A DNA stretch of 64,000 bases from Magallana gigas (Eukaryota), in NCBI RefSeq assembly GCF_963853765.1, contig NC_088859.1, positions 18,538,001 to 18,602,000 of the forward strand. The letters are read 5' to 3'. Position 1 is the stretch's first letter. Each line of letters starts with the position of its first letter. A program made the position numbers and the translations under genes. Positions 33,658 to 47,700 of the stretch are shown piece after piece. The notes under the pieces were generated by a model that was given only the letters and a program-made list of their open reading frames with translations, had not been told where the DNA came from and ran no database searches.

Positions 33658-36208
33658 GTTGATAACTCCTATACTGCTTTTAAGTACAGCAAAAATTAAG
33701 GATATGATTTACTGATTAGCTAGATGATAACATAATAAAAGGACGATATGTATTCAACAGCTTTAAGATTGTTGCTGCTATTTCTGACAGCAAAGTGTTT
33801 AATCCTCCAAAAAATAATACAACTGCAATTGTGAAACTAAATTACATTTCTAAGAAAGTTTTATTTGATTTTGTATATCGAATGTAAAAACATTTTGAAC
33901 CTTGCTTTTTATGCATTCATTGTAATACTACTTGGAGTATTGTAACTGGCAACACTTGCAGGTCTGAAATAAAAAAAAAACCCTATAGTCTTTCACCTTT
34001 ATGTATTTTATTTAAGATCACTAATAACTTACACCATTCTTCATAAATAATTAATATAACTGACAATCAAGATATCAAGATAACAGATGCTGATATTGTA
34101 TGATTATTCTAGTTATTCAAATTTTTTTTAAACAGTAAGTAAAGTATGGAACACAGTGGTGACCATTCACTTCACAATGTGCCTGGCCTATGCTGTCTAT
34201 CAGGTTGTACTGTTGTTTGAGGCCATCAAAGGGGAACTGAAGAACCCACTTGAACAGGAGGAAGGCAGGTAAGAAGAAAAGACCATATTTCTTATAATCA
34301 TTGTATTGATCCAATTTATTGTTATTCTTTACTTGTACTTTCTCATCACAAAAAATAAAATACCAGTGTGCATAAATTATATATCAAATTCCCCCCCCCC
34401 ACATTTTTATAAGTTTTTTGGCACACAGAAACCACACATATACATGGTACATGTACAAGATGAGGAGATACCAGTTTGTTTATAATAACTTTATCTACAT
34501 GTGGCAGAATGAAGTTTAATCTTAATATAAAGTAAAACTTTTAAGACATTGCCATTGTTGACATGCATTGTTGTTTACTATCATTTATGTTTAAATATTC
34601 ACTCAGATATTTACATATCAGATTCAAAGACATACATTTAGGTACTGTATCATAGCAAGTGCAAGTTAATAACTAGTTTTTCTTAATCTTGAGGTCCTAA
34701 TTTTATTTTTTTATTTTCTGTATCTTTAAAAAGAATTGAAAATTAAAAATTCAAGGAATGATGGATTGTTCGTTATGCAGTTAATATGAATGATCACTGC
34801 ATGGTTATGAGACCTCTGTTTCTATCATAATTGAAAAAAAAATACACGGTCAAACACATGTATTGATGTACATAATAATATCAGAAAGTAAATTACTGTT
34901 TATCAAAAATTGTACAAGGTACCAAACAATGAAATCACAATGAAGTTTGATTTGAGTCTGAACAAAAAGCATGTTTTGTACTTTAAATTTTTTTTTGGCT
35001 GCTTGTTTTATATGCTGAAGCTAGCTTTAAGTAGTCCCTGATCAGATCAGATTCATCATAAGTGTTTTCTTACATGTTAAGAAAGAACCACTGTGCAGGA
35101 GTGAAGAAACAAAGTTGATTGCATTTTTTATGTTTATGCTTATACTTGAGTGGTTGCTCAGAGATACTGTGTACATTATGTTGATAAAGATCTTGTATAG
35201 ATGATATTGTAGAGGGGTGATTTTTACTGTAGATTGGGCCTCTTATTTCAGCTGACACAGAAACTTAATTGATAAATTAATTTTATAAAAGAATATCTTA
35301 ATCAATGCACATATTAATAGAGTTAAAGTTCTTATAGGCTTTTCTTTTAATGTCATCAGAAGAACTGTCATTAAAGCATGACAATTCACACTAATAGTAC
35401 ATTTGGTGTCGACTTTAGAATCCAGTATTTGTTGCTTAAAATACTTCGAAAATATTTTTGGAAAGTTCATCTTCACTGCTATTTGTACTCTAAAAATCAA
35501 GCAAATACAGTACTTTGATTATATTCTTTGATATATTATCCAGAATTTTATAGATATACTAACCAGAATTTTATATAACAGAGAAATGGGCGGACTGTTG
35601 ATCATCATTGCTTGGACATCGATAGCCAGGTTTACAACAGTTGGAAGGTATTTAGTAAATGATGAAACATCTGCAGTAGAAAGTTCAAAGATTTTGGGGT
35701 ACTGCAGTGTTTTAATGCATGATAAAACACAGCTTTCCTACCAGTGGTAAAAAAGTAATTTTTGTCATGAATCGGAATTATTTATAGAGAGTTACAGATA
35801 TCAATCTTAGAATATTTTATATTTGATATAAAAATCAATATTTTTCCCACCCAAATCAAATATTTAGTACATTTATCAATATCTTTATGGCAATGCTTTG
35901 ATCTTATGCTTGCATGATAAATCAAAAAGCAGAATAAAATTTTGTATAAATTGATTATTTTTAATTGATTAAACCTTTTTACTTACTGTAAACAGCAAAG
36001 GAAAAAAAATTAAAAAATATCTTTAAAGTGCAAAAGATAATTTTCCTTCTTTTTCAATTTCAGACCAGTTCATGCCAGCAACAAACAAATGATGAATGCC
36101 CTGCTCCTGATCACTGTGACCTTGACCTTCATTCCACTTCTGACCTGGTCCCTCTGTTATGTGGGTGACTGGCACACCAGGCTAGGCCACTGCAAAGGAA
36201 TGTTTTGA
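32196..36208 (+). CDS. TMEM220: Transmembrane protein 220; exons 32194-32455 (spanning the N gap), 32664-32693, 33527-33587, 34136-34268, 35582-35647, 36064-36208; possible upstream exon 31808-31873
   Basis: WRIINLLLGVFFMLAALV(Q)/LNDSDWYLWM/PVYGVSAALCL.../...NPLEQEEGR/EMGGLLIIIAW.../...HCKGMF*. This matches TMEM220 hallmarks (FFxxAAxVQxNDPD, EEGRExxGLxI, terminal HCK). Exon phases are consistent. Confidence 0.9.
32300..32452. other. Assembly gap (N run) inside a TMEM220 exon
   Basis: Run of N between CTT GT and CAG|gtgcga. Confidence 0.99.
32847..33458. mobile_element. Kolobok-type non-autonomous element
   Basis: TTAA|AGCTGCTTGGTCCGATTTT ... AAAATCGGACCAAGCAGCT|TTAA: a 19-bp perfect TIR, TTAA TSD and purine-purine start. 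Confidence 0.85.
33599..33656. repeat. (GA)n microsatellite
   Basis: Directly visible. Confidence 0.97.
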
Positions 36209-39200
36209 TGTTTTGGTGCTGCCAAGCAGACATCCTTATTTCTATTTTGTTGTTATTATGTAATGCATTGTGGATCATATGTTTGGTTATATGCATTATT
36301 TATAGTTTGCCTCAGGTCTCATTTCAATTGGTCTCAATGGTGCTAAACCACCTTTCTTGTATGTTTATGAATTTTCAAAACAAATGAGGAACTTTAAGTT
36401 TACTGTTTGAGATATATGTGTACAAACAGATTATGAAAAAAAAAACCAATTGTAAAGTATTATGCGTGTTCTCTCTAAAGATATGTAATCTGCATTGTAA
36501 ATTGGAGTTTGATTGTGTGCTAATGTGACCATAAGCTAAACAGTGTGTGAAATCCAGATACTAATCCAGTACTAATGCATGTACTACAGCAACTATATAT
36601 TTACTTCCTGTCATGCGATTTATTCATTATCCACATGTTTATGTGCCATTCAAAATCACACCATGCTTTGTGTATTGTACAATCCAAATTTTTTGCTGAG
36701 TTTATACTCTTTACATTCAAAATAAATTGATTTAATGATAACGATTGTCTAAACGAATAGTAAATTATAATACCAATGTACACAATATCAGCATAACCCT
36801 CTGAGCAAAATGAAAAAGAAATGATAATTTTATGATACAAACAATGTTTAAATCAATCAGTTGTCTTCTTTTACTCACAATCACAAGTTGGATAAATTTA
36901 TTTTACTAGTATGGAAAAATTGACAATTTTCTGTTTCAGTGCAGAAAAAGTACACATTTTAGATGAAAGGTACATGTTCCTAAAAACATTGAAATTTATG
37001 ATGTAAATTAATTCATTCTAATATTACAGTTGATATATTCTATACAGTTTTCAATTGCACACATGTACATGAATTTGAGTTTACATTGATTTATAATAAA
37101 TACCATGTTTATTGCAATAAATTTACATTAATTGTTACTATAGTGATAGTGTTTTTTAGTTTTTTTTCCTCAATCTGTAAACTTCGTGACCATCCAATGC
37201 AAATGTTTTCAGTTATAATTAGACGGAGGCTCTATGAGCCTAGCTCCTCTATTGCTACCGGTCAGCTCACATGTGACGTCGATAGTGGATTTGACGGACA
37301 CCACCTAGCGGCAAAAATTGCAATATTCGTTTGGGATTCATATTTCAGTATTATTATTGAAATAAATATCTTATTTGCATTAATTTACAATAAATAGAAC
37401 TATACATATTGCGATCAATAAACATAATTTCTCTCGAAAATTTTAGTCCATATGTTAAATTCAAGTAAGTATGAATATGCATGAGTTTAAGAATAGCAAT
37501 GGTGTGTAATCGTCTAGTGGCTATTTATACTTTTTATACAGCTTCCTGTCCGTGACGTCAAATAATGAGGATTCCTCAAGAACCATCTTGTGTTGACCGA
37601 ACTATTGAATAATTATGAGCTGCAATGGATAAACACGGCGTGGTTCTCAGTCTTTATCGTATATTACTTGCGCATTATCAATTAATCCTCTGCGGAGATA
37701 TATCTTTCTATGTATCGCTACACTCTCCCCACCCCCCGGCATCGATCCAATAAAATGATTATCCAACAAGTTGAACCACTGCTATGTGAACTTGAGTATT
37801 CTCCCAATTAAGAACAGACAACCGTGATCGTAGCATGATACATTTTAGTTTAGTTTTACTTGGCATGCATACTAGTGAAACAAATAAATTAAACATCCAG
37901 ATTACACCCTTTAACGCAACCCCCCCCCCCCCCCCACCCACACACACACACATTCAGTATGTGCATAGGTAAAGTACCCAGGCCACGTGCTGTGAAGTTT
38001 GATTAATCCTGCATTGTCTGGCCAGCGCTGTCGATTTCAAAGTAAGTTGGGAAGTCAGTGTGTGTTTTTGCAAGTTGATAAAAGAATTTCGCGTAAAAAA
38101 AAGTGTGAACACATTTGACAGAATGTACATATTTTCTTTTAAAAGTGAAGCACGGGGTATTATAAGATCTACCGCGGTATATTTTTTTTTAATTTAGCTT
38201 TAAAGAGATACATGTATTACAGCGAATTCTCTTCATCTTGGATATTTCCGTTTTTAAACATAGTTAGATAAAAGAATAGGAGTTTGCATATACTGACAGA
38301 TTGAATCTTTTTACAGCAAAAAAAGCTCGCAATTGCGTGTTAAATATTTTTCCGAAATTCTAAATTTATATCTCTCAAATTTTGTTTACACCACAAGTAA
38401 AATCTGTATAAATTCGTAATATTTTAATCCCATGCAGAAAGTCACGATGAAATGTTTACAGTTGATTCGCTAAGCTGTTGATCAAAAGGCTGAGCTAGCA
38501 ATATTTACTTTTTGGACCGCCTGAAATGATTAAATCAACGGTAATTTTGAGCAAAATGAGCTGTAGCGTCTCTTATATATAAATATTTCATCCGCTTAGA
38601 AATATATTTGATCACTCTCTACAATCGAATCGTACATTCTGCAAAAGAAAAAGAACAACTATGCGAGATTGAGATCATGCATGTATTACCTACATGTAAC
38701 ACTAGGGGTTTTTAAGCATGAACGATTTTTTTCATATGAAAAAAGTTCACTGTTCAACAGTTTTTATTGATTATATATCATAAATTTTAGTATATATTGT
38801 GAATCATTAGGTATAGTGCTAACTAACAAAATATTTTTTTGTTTGTACATGTAATTTGTTTTTGCATATTCCATAAAAGAGCCTGAATATGTTAGCAAAG
38901 TAGTTTCTGTCCATTAGTATTTAGTATTGCAAACTCTTAATTGATACTTTAAACCTTCTATACCTTAAAATTTGAAGAAGAAAAAACCATTATTATTTTT
39001 GGGATTTGATTTTTATCAACTCTCCTATACAGTTACTCTGGCAAACCGGAAGTGAAACTATGTTTGGACCTAACCACAGATCATCGCCGCTGACTGACAA
39101 GACCTTGTTCTCGAAAGTAATCGATAAATTCGATGTAATGCATTCTGAAGCATTAAATATTATTATAGTTAAACATTGCTCGGATCCATATAATTTTCCA

Positions 39201-39519
39201 GAAATATTTACATTACTGATACATAGTTTGATGGAAATAATTATATCTTAAAATATTACGCAACATGATTCATATGATGTTTTCCTATAATTCTTGAAAT
39301 TGTCGGAAAAGCCCAAAAATTCATATTACGAAAATATGCGTTATTCAATTACGGATAAGAAACTACTCGGCATGCCAAATTACATATCGTTGATTTTAAG
39401 ATAAATATCAATCGATGAAATCAACTCCCGTCGGTACTTCAATACTTGGAATTAAATTAATAGTAGATTAATCTCCTCCGCAATGATGCCTCCGTCTCTC
39501 AGTACTCTAAGTACTTTGA

Positions 39520-42500
39520 TTTTTAGGAGGGATCAATATGAAAAGAAGCTTATCAACATTTGTAAAAACTGTAGTATTTTTATTTTGAATGGTCGATCCA
39601 AACATGATAAAAATGGTGAATACACCTGTAAATCTTCCAGTGTAGTAGACTATTGTATTGCAAATGTAAGTTTTATCAAGTATGTATCAGAAATGAGGGT
39701 GCTACCTTTTCCAGAGTTATTGTCAGATGTGCACAATCCAATTAAAGTTATAATGTCTTCCCTTAAAAGTATAAACACAGGTTTATGCACTTCAACAAAT
39801 GATTGTGAATTGTCAAACAAATGTATGAATATAGATGTTGAAAAGAAGATGGGTTATTGATGAAAAGGTCACTTACCATAATGTTGTAGATAGTAAAATA
39901 TCTCTTATCAATAGTCTGGAGAATAGACTTAAATTTGCACAACTGAACATTTATCTTTAGATTATATTAATAATATTGTAGAAGAAACTGGTAATATACT
40001 TGTACAAAGTGCAAAAGAAGTTTTTGGTTCACAAAAACTGTATTCATGCGATAAAAATCCCGCGGCTTTTAAGAAACCATGGTTTACAAGAGAATACAAA
40101 TCTGCAAGACAAAATTTTAGAAAAGCAAAAAGATTAAAAAATAAAATAAATAAAAAAAAATAAAAAATATGGTGGGGAAATATTTAGAAATAATTTGTAT
40201 GAACATGAAACATTATGCAAGAAGAAACTAAAATATGCAGAAGGTCACCATAGAACAATAATGAAAGATAGATTAAAGTATTTGCGAACAACAGACCCGC
40301 AGGAATATTGGAAAATTCTCAATACCAATTGTGGTAATAAGTCATCATGTAATGCCGACTTGAAGGATCTTTTTGATTTTTATATCAAATGCTGTAATAC
40401 TGAAAATGATGGACCATGTGAACATGTATTATCTGAAGATGAACTGAAATTGTTATCCGATGGGGAATTTCATAATTTTATTAATCAGCCAATTACAAGT
40501 AATGAAATTATGAGATGTATTTAAGCACTGAAAAATAATAAGTCATGTGGAACTGACAAGACTTTTAATGAATACATTAAAAATACATGTGATATTACGT
40601 TAAATCTTTATGTGAAGTTATTTAACAAGATTTTTGAAACTGAAATTATACCTTCACAGTGGATACATGGAAACATTATCCGAATTTATAAAAATAAAGG
40701 TAACAGTACTGATCCATCAAACTATAGACCAATCACACTTATAAGCTGTCTTGGGAAATTATTTACTTCTATCCTCAATGAAAGATTGACTGAGTATGCA
40801 AATAGAGTAGAACTTATTTTAGAAAATAAAGCTGGGTTTCGTAAAGATTATTCGACTAATATTGATCACATTTTTTCGTTATATTCTCTGATAGAATTAT
40901 CCAAGACATTTAAAGTAAAATTATTTTGTGCTTTTATAGATTTTGAAAAGGCTTTTTGATTCAGTCTGGCGTGTTGGTCTATGGAACAAAATTTATTGAA
41001 CAATTTTGATGGCAAGTATTTTAACGTTATTACAAATATGTATAAGGGAATTAAATCTTGTGTAACTGCCAAGGTTTTAACCTCTGATATGTTTCCATGT
41101 ACAGTGGGTGTTAGACAAGGTGAAAATTTGTCACCTTTATTACTTGTACTCTATCTTAACGATTTAAAAGAATTTTTATCAACAAATGATGTAGAGGGTT
41201 TGACATCACTATCTTATCATATTATTATATGCAGATGATACAATATTATTATGAGAATCTTCTGATGATCTTCAACATCAACTTAATGTTTTTAAAAAGA
41301 TATTGTAAAAGCTGGCATCTCAAAGTTAATAGTGATAAAAAATTGTCATTTTTAACAAAGGTAGATCACGTGCAGATTATTCATTAATGTATGGAGACAT
41401 TAGTTTAGAAATTGTAGATAATTTTAAATACCTTGGAGTACATTATTCTAAAAATGGATCATTCAATCTCAATATGAAAGAACTTTGTGAAAAAGCTACT
41501 AGAGCCATGTATAGTGTAATAGCCAAATGTAGAGAACACAATATGTCAATTGATTGTAAATTAGATATGTTGGACAAAATTGTGAAACATATTTTACTAT
41601 ATGGATGTGAAGTTTGGGGATTTCGTAATATAACAATGGTTGAAAAGTTACATCTGAAATTTTGTACACATATCTTAAACCTAAAGTCTTCAACACCAAA
41701 TTATATGGTCTATGGGGAACTTGGACGATTCCCACTAATAATTAATGTTAAAGTCCGCATGATAGCATTTTGGAGTAAACTTGTCTTTTCACAAAATAAT
41801 AAAGTTTCGTCAAAACTACAATATGCAATGGGTAAAATGAACAGACCCTGGTTTAGATTAATTGTTAAAATATTGAATGATTGTGGTCTTCTTTTATTTA
41901 GTACCACCAAAATGTAAATATCCAGTGGCTTAAGGAAACTGTTTTTCATATATTTCTAGACCAATTCAAGCAGTCATGGAATAGTGAAATGTATAATTCA
42001 TTAAAAGGTATTAACTATAGAATTTTTAAAACCACATTATCCTTGGAAAAATACTAATTAGATCTGCCATCCAAATATCAGAAATCTTTTTGTACTTTTA
42101 GAACAAGTGATGCTAAATTGCCTATAGAACGAGGTAGATGGTATGATATACCTCGTGAAAACCGTATATGTACCATATGTAACTGTACTGAGATAGGAGA
42201 TGAATTTCATTGTTTATTTCATTGTACAGATATAAAATTAAAGATAAGAGAGTTTTATACGTACCTTCATACTTCTACACATAAACAAGTGTTTACAAAT
42301 TTCAGCAACTCTTTAATACTACTAATAAAAAAAAATGTTGATAAATCTGTGTAAATTCATTAAAGTTATAATTGAGAGAGTTAGCTCTCTAGATAAATTG
42401 CTAATCATACTTTTTTCCCTTTTTTCACTTTTGTATTGTGACTCACCAATGCATGCAATGTATGTATTATACGTATTATTGTTCAATTGATTTTTCTCAA

Positions 42501-42556
42501 CACTGTAATTTATGCAGTTCAGAGAATAAAGAAATTGTCATTGTCAATTGTCATTG
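39520..42556 (+). mobile_element. 5'-truncated, decayed non-LTR retrotransposon (RTE-X-like)
   Basis: APE C-terminus (ILNGR...TC..SVVDY...SDVHNP), RT motifs NYRPITLISCLGKLF, FIDFEKAF, GVRQGENLSP and LLYADD (about 41222), YGELGRFPL, RICTIC...IGDEFH, and a 3' tail AATAAAGAA(ATTGTC)n. Many stops and frameshifts. Confidence 0.93.
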
Positions 42557-44149
42557 AAAACATCGTTGTGAAGTTTGGCAGACCATACAACCATGAAGAG
42601 AACTACTTTTGATTGGCTGCAGAGTCCTTCATCAGTGGTTTGAAGAAAAGGGGCAGAGATGAGGCAACACCAATTCCTTCCATCTATGATGAAGAGTAAG
42701 AGAGTCTGCGCAACAAAAAATGTGACGATTCAGTGGTGGATATGATCCACAACATTCCAACATTCCAGGCCTGCAAGTCTTCGTTATACAGGAATCGGGC
42801 AAAGACAAAACAGGAGCTGCCTACATTACAGGAAGAAACCTTGATGGTCCATAGGCCTGCACATCAGCTGGAGAAATGTTCCTCCTCCGTGACGACACTG
42901 ATGCCCAGGGACATAGAATCCCGATATTCTCAACGGATTCAAACATTCAACACCTGTGTGCAGCGGAGACAGTGTTTATTGATGGAACCTTTTATTCGTG
43001 TACCAAATTCTATACACCCTGCATGCCAATGTCAATGGAACCATGTTTCCCCTCGTCTGTGGGCTTTTACCGAACAAGAGCGCGGCGACCTACACCCGAT
43101 TCTTTGTGTTATTAAAGGATGCAGTACGTGATCAGCGGTCTGTGTTAACGCCTGAACATTGGTTACTGGACTTCGAAATCGTTGCAAGAAACGCTGTGCA
43201 CACCAACTTCTCTGAGACAACAATAAAAGGATGTTTTTTTCTACTATACGCAGTGCATATGGAGGAAGGTACAATCTTGTAGATTGGCAGCGCAGTTTTG
43301 TGAGAATGACGACTTTCATCGCCTAGTAAGAAGAGCGGCTGTACTTCCTTTAGTACCTGGACACCAAGTAGAAGATGTGTGGTTGGAGGCGCTAGAGGAT
43401 AACGACGACGACCGCCAAGATGTGCTGCGTTTTAAAGACTATGTGACAGACACTTGGGTTGAAGGCCATCTGATGAAGTTGAACCACTTTGACAACGATT
43501 GACCACGAATAACAAACGCAGTTGAAGGGTGGCATAATAAATTCCACAGGATGTGTCGGCGCTTCCACCCAAAAGTGTACATGTTCATCCAGTTTCTTCA
43601 AAAGGAACAAGCAGCCAACGAGGCAAGGATGATCCAGCTCGCTGCAGGTGGCGTAGTGCGTCCCAAGAAAAGGAAGTACGTACAGTTAGACCAGCGCATT
43701 CATGAACTGAGACATCACGTCGCTGAAAGGTGAACAAGCACGAACCGAAATGATCATCGGTGCCCTAGTCCGAGGGGAGGAACCTGATGGGGCGCGAAAA
43801 AAGAAATTACAAAAAACAAAAAGATTTACTCGATCGTTTCAACATTCGGAGAACGAGTCGCGAATGGCATTTATTTACCATATCTTGAAGGGCTATCACA
43901 CAATTTAAGGTATTAATGTAAATGTTTATCAGTGCGAATACAATTAATTTTTTTTATACCTATTAGTTATTGTGTTTTACTTTTCACTTTTAGTGTCTAC
44001 TGTTTCACTTTCGATAAGTTTCGATGTATTGTCGTATCCATGAGATGTCTATTCCATGACTTGTCGTATCGATGAGCTGTCCATTCGGTGAGTTGTCGCA
44101 TCGATGCATTTTTTCGATGAGTTGTCTTTCGATGGGTTGTCATAGACCC
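42557..44149 (+). mobile_element. Decayed MULE (Mutator) transposase with right TIR
   Basis: VFIDGTF (D1), LLDFE (D2), KGCFFH, TNAVEGWHN (E). Terminal array of TCGATGAGTTGTC-like repeats ending CATAGACCC at 44149. Confidence 0.9.
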
Positions 44150-44754
44150 GAGAGAAAGACTACGCCGTGGACATATCCAGTTGATGGACTATACATATGC
44201 TGCATCACATATCCTTCATCTAGAGTGATATGTATTTCCGCAAGTATGTGAACATTGTGACTATTACTCCATAGAACTGTACATTTTTTGGCATACTAAG
44301 ACAGATACCTGTATATATTTCAATTTTGCATTGGATAATAAAGAAATTTACCAGTATTATGTTTATTATAAATGCATTTTTCATGAAAATGTCAGATTGT
44401 ATTGGTATTGAACAGTAATTAAAATGGATGATAAAAAATGTGCTTCGATCCCTATCTTTCATAGCTCCTATTTTCATTTAAATACATTTAATTAATGGTG
44501 GACATATGACATTGAAAATTCATGGAAAATACAGGAGACTCATAGAAGGAAAAAATATAAAATAAAAAAAATAAAATAAAAAAAGTTCTAATACAGAAAA
44601 ACTCAACAAAAAGACTAAATATGAAGATCAGATATAAACAAATTTAGTAAAACAATTATTCTAAAACACACTATAGGTCACCTGTAATTAATTTCTTTTG
44701 TTCTCTCCCCCCCCTCCTTTACCTGTACACCATTCCCACCTAGCCAAAATCAGT

Positions 44755-47700
44755 CTGTTGATTTGAACATATTTTATTGTATACATATATAAAAGATACA
44801 TATACAAATGGTTAGGACACAAGTTCTGACAACTTACTAGGTCTTTACCATGAAATAGAAAAATTATACAAAACTTACAACTGTTATTGCATGATATAGA
44901 ATTATTATTACGATAAATGAAAATAAGTGATATATACGAAAATAAGAAATATGCACATAAACCATATTAAACAAATCTACCAGTTTCGTTGATGTACAAT
45001 TGAACTAATGAGAATAACTGCTTGTTAATATCAATGGATAATGACTCATCGCCCCATAATAAAAGATGAGTATTAATTATATGAAAATGATCTAGTTGTA
45101 GCAGATTAAGAAAAAAATTATTTCTAGCGATTGTATAATTTTTGCATTTGAAGAAAAAATGGTAAGCATCTTCGGGTGATTCACAACGACAATTACAGCT
45201 TTCTATAATATTTATTTTGTGTAAATCATAATTGAGTATGCAATTGTGTCTTAGCTTGGTATGTATTATGTTTAGCTTGCGCTTACCATGTGTAAAAAAA
45301 GAGGGAGCTTTAGCTATGTTTTTAGATTTATATAATGAATTCTTAAATCTTTGTATGGAATTTTCATTTCTTACTCCTATACTTAGTGTATTCCACAATT
45401 GAATAGTGTCCGGTACAAATGATTTCTTAAATAATTCTGTTCTACACCTAGGTAAACTATAATTTTCAATGTTCCTAGTTCTATATGCAGAGTCGTTACT
45501 CCTGGCATTAGGGGTGATCTGAGATAGATATTCAGGGACACACTTGTTGTGGATCTTGTACATAGTGGTAAGTTTAGACGTTATTCTTCTAGCAGAGATT
45601 CCCAGCCCGTTTCAAAATATAAGGATGTTTTTGATGCAATAATTGGTAACCCTGTAACAATGCGGGCAGCATATAATTGAACTTTTTCTAACTTGTCAAT
45701 GTCATATTGACTACAGCCATCCCAAACAACTGAGGCATATTCCAGAATTGGCCTTACAAAGGTAATATACATTTTGGAAAGGCTGCTTTTTCCAAGACTA
45801 AATTTAGGTTTTTTCAAGAGACCTAATTTTTTTAGTGCTTTGTTAACTATAATATTGATGTGCTCCGACCATTTAAGATCGCTTGATAGATGTAAACCTA
45901 AGTGTTTGTGTGTTGTGATATATTCTAACTTACAATGCTGAAAAAATATGTCGGGTAGTTCATAGCTAGATTTTGTAGTAAAAAAGACAGCCTTAGTTTT
46001 GTTTGGATTGAATTTAAGTAACCATCGACTAGACCACTGTTCCAAAATGTATAAATCATGATTGATATTGTGTTCAATGCTAGATAAATCATGCGATGCA
46101 TATTGGATACAATTGTCATATATCAAAAAAAGCAAGGGTCCTAACACTGATCCTTGCAGTACACCCGATTTTATACAAGTATTAGATGATAAAACATCTT
46201 TGTACATTACTTTTTGACTTCTATTACATAAATAACTTGTAAACCATTGTAAAACGTTGCCAGATATTCCATAGGTGTCTAATTTAAAAAGTAGACCTTT
46301 GTGCCATACTCTATTAGACGCTTTTGATAAGTTAAAAAAATTTCCCGTCATCAATACCTTTTACAATATTGTGATATGTTTCAATTAACTGGTACACAGT
46401 TGAGTGGCCGGGCAGAAAACCAGCTTGATATTTATAAAACAAGTTGTTGCAGTGAAAAAAATTATACACATGTTTAAAAATTAAACGTTCCATTAATTTA
46501 CTAACACAGCTCAATAATGACACAGGTCTGTAATTAGAGGCTACAGAAGGATCTTCCTCCTTAAACAATGGGATAACATGAGCCAGTTTCCAATTCTTTG
46601 GAAACTTATTTTCAGACAATGACCTATTAAATAAAAGACACAAGTGCTTGGAAATAGTAAATTTTGTGAGTTTAAGCATTTTGTGACTAATATTGTCAGG
46701 CCCAATAGCTTTGTTGGCTGGCAAAATTGAAATGATATCTATAATTTCTTCTTCATTAATAACAATATTTGATAATTTATTATTACAGAGTGAATACATT
46801 GACGGCAATACATGGCCTGTGTCATACACATTACAAACAGATGAAAAAAATTGTTAAGAAGCTCCACTTTATCTAAATCTGAAAAAGCTACAAAGTGTTC
46901 TCCTTTGTCGGAGACATGTTGTATAGGTGGAATATCTGAACATGATTTTGTTTTAAATGTGTCTTTCATGAGTTTCCAATAGAGATTATTATTGTCTTTG
47001 AATGCCTCATCTAAATGGAATTCAATGTTGTCATAATAGTTAGAAAGTGCATGTTTTTTCATATTGTTAACCTGATTTCTAGTATTTCTGAATTTGATCC
47101 AGTCTGTTTCGCGATTATATTTTAGAGCCAAATTACGTAAACGATCACGCTTTCTAATTGTTCTCCTTAACAGCGAATCGAACCATGGCTTATCTTTCGG
47201 CCTAATTGTAACCGTTTTCTCTGGAATGCATTCGCGGATAAGTGTCAATAATTTTGATGAAAAATTTGAAGTTGCAGAATCAATGTCTTCAGCGTCGCAT
47301 ATTACACTACTCCAATCAGTATTCATAATGAGCAAGTTTAATTTTTCGGTATCTGCATGTTTAAATTGCCATATTTTTCGGGTATACGAGCGATTTAAAT
47401 TATATTTCAGAGAAATAGAAATAAAAGTAGCCCTGTGGTCACTGACGCAAGTATCGACATTGAGAGTGCCTGCTTCAATAACTTCGATGCTGTTTGTTGT
47501 AAGAATTGGGTCAATCAGTGTTCGCGTAGTATTCGTGATTCTCGTTGGTTGAGAAATTCTATTGGTGAGATTGTTAATGGACAAAATGTCGCGCAATTCG
47601 TGTGTGTTTGGGATATTTAAAAAATCAACGTTGACATCGCCTACAATGATGATTTTATCGGATATTTCATTAACTTTATCTAAAGACCATGAAAGATTAT

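Noticed and set aside
36113-36130. TGTGACCTTGACCTT matching a Helitron-N core or nuclear-receptor half-sites
   Set aside because: It falls inside the TMEM220 last coding exon (ITVTLT), so a chance match is sufficient.
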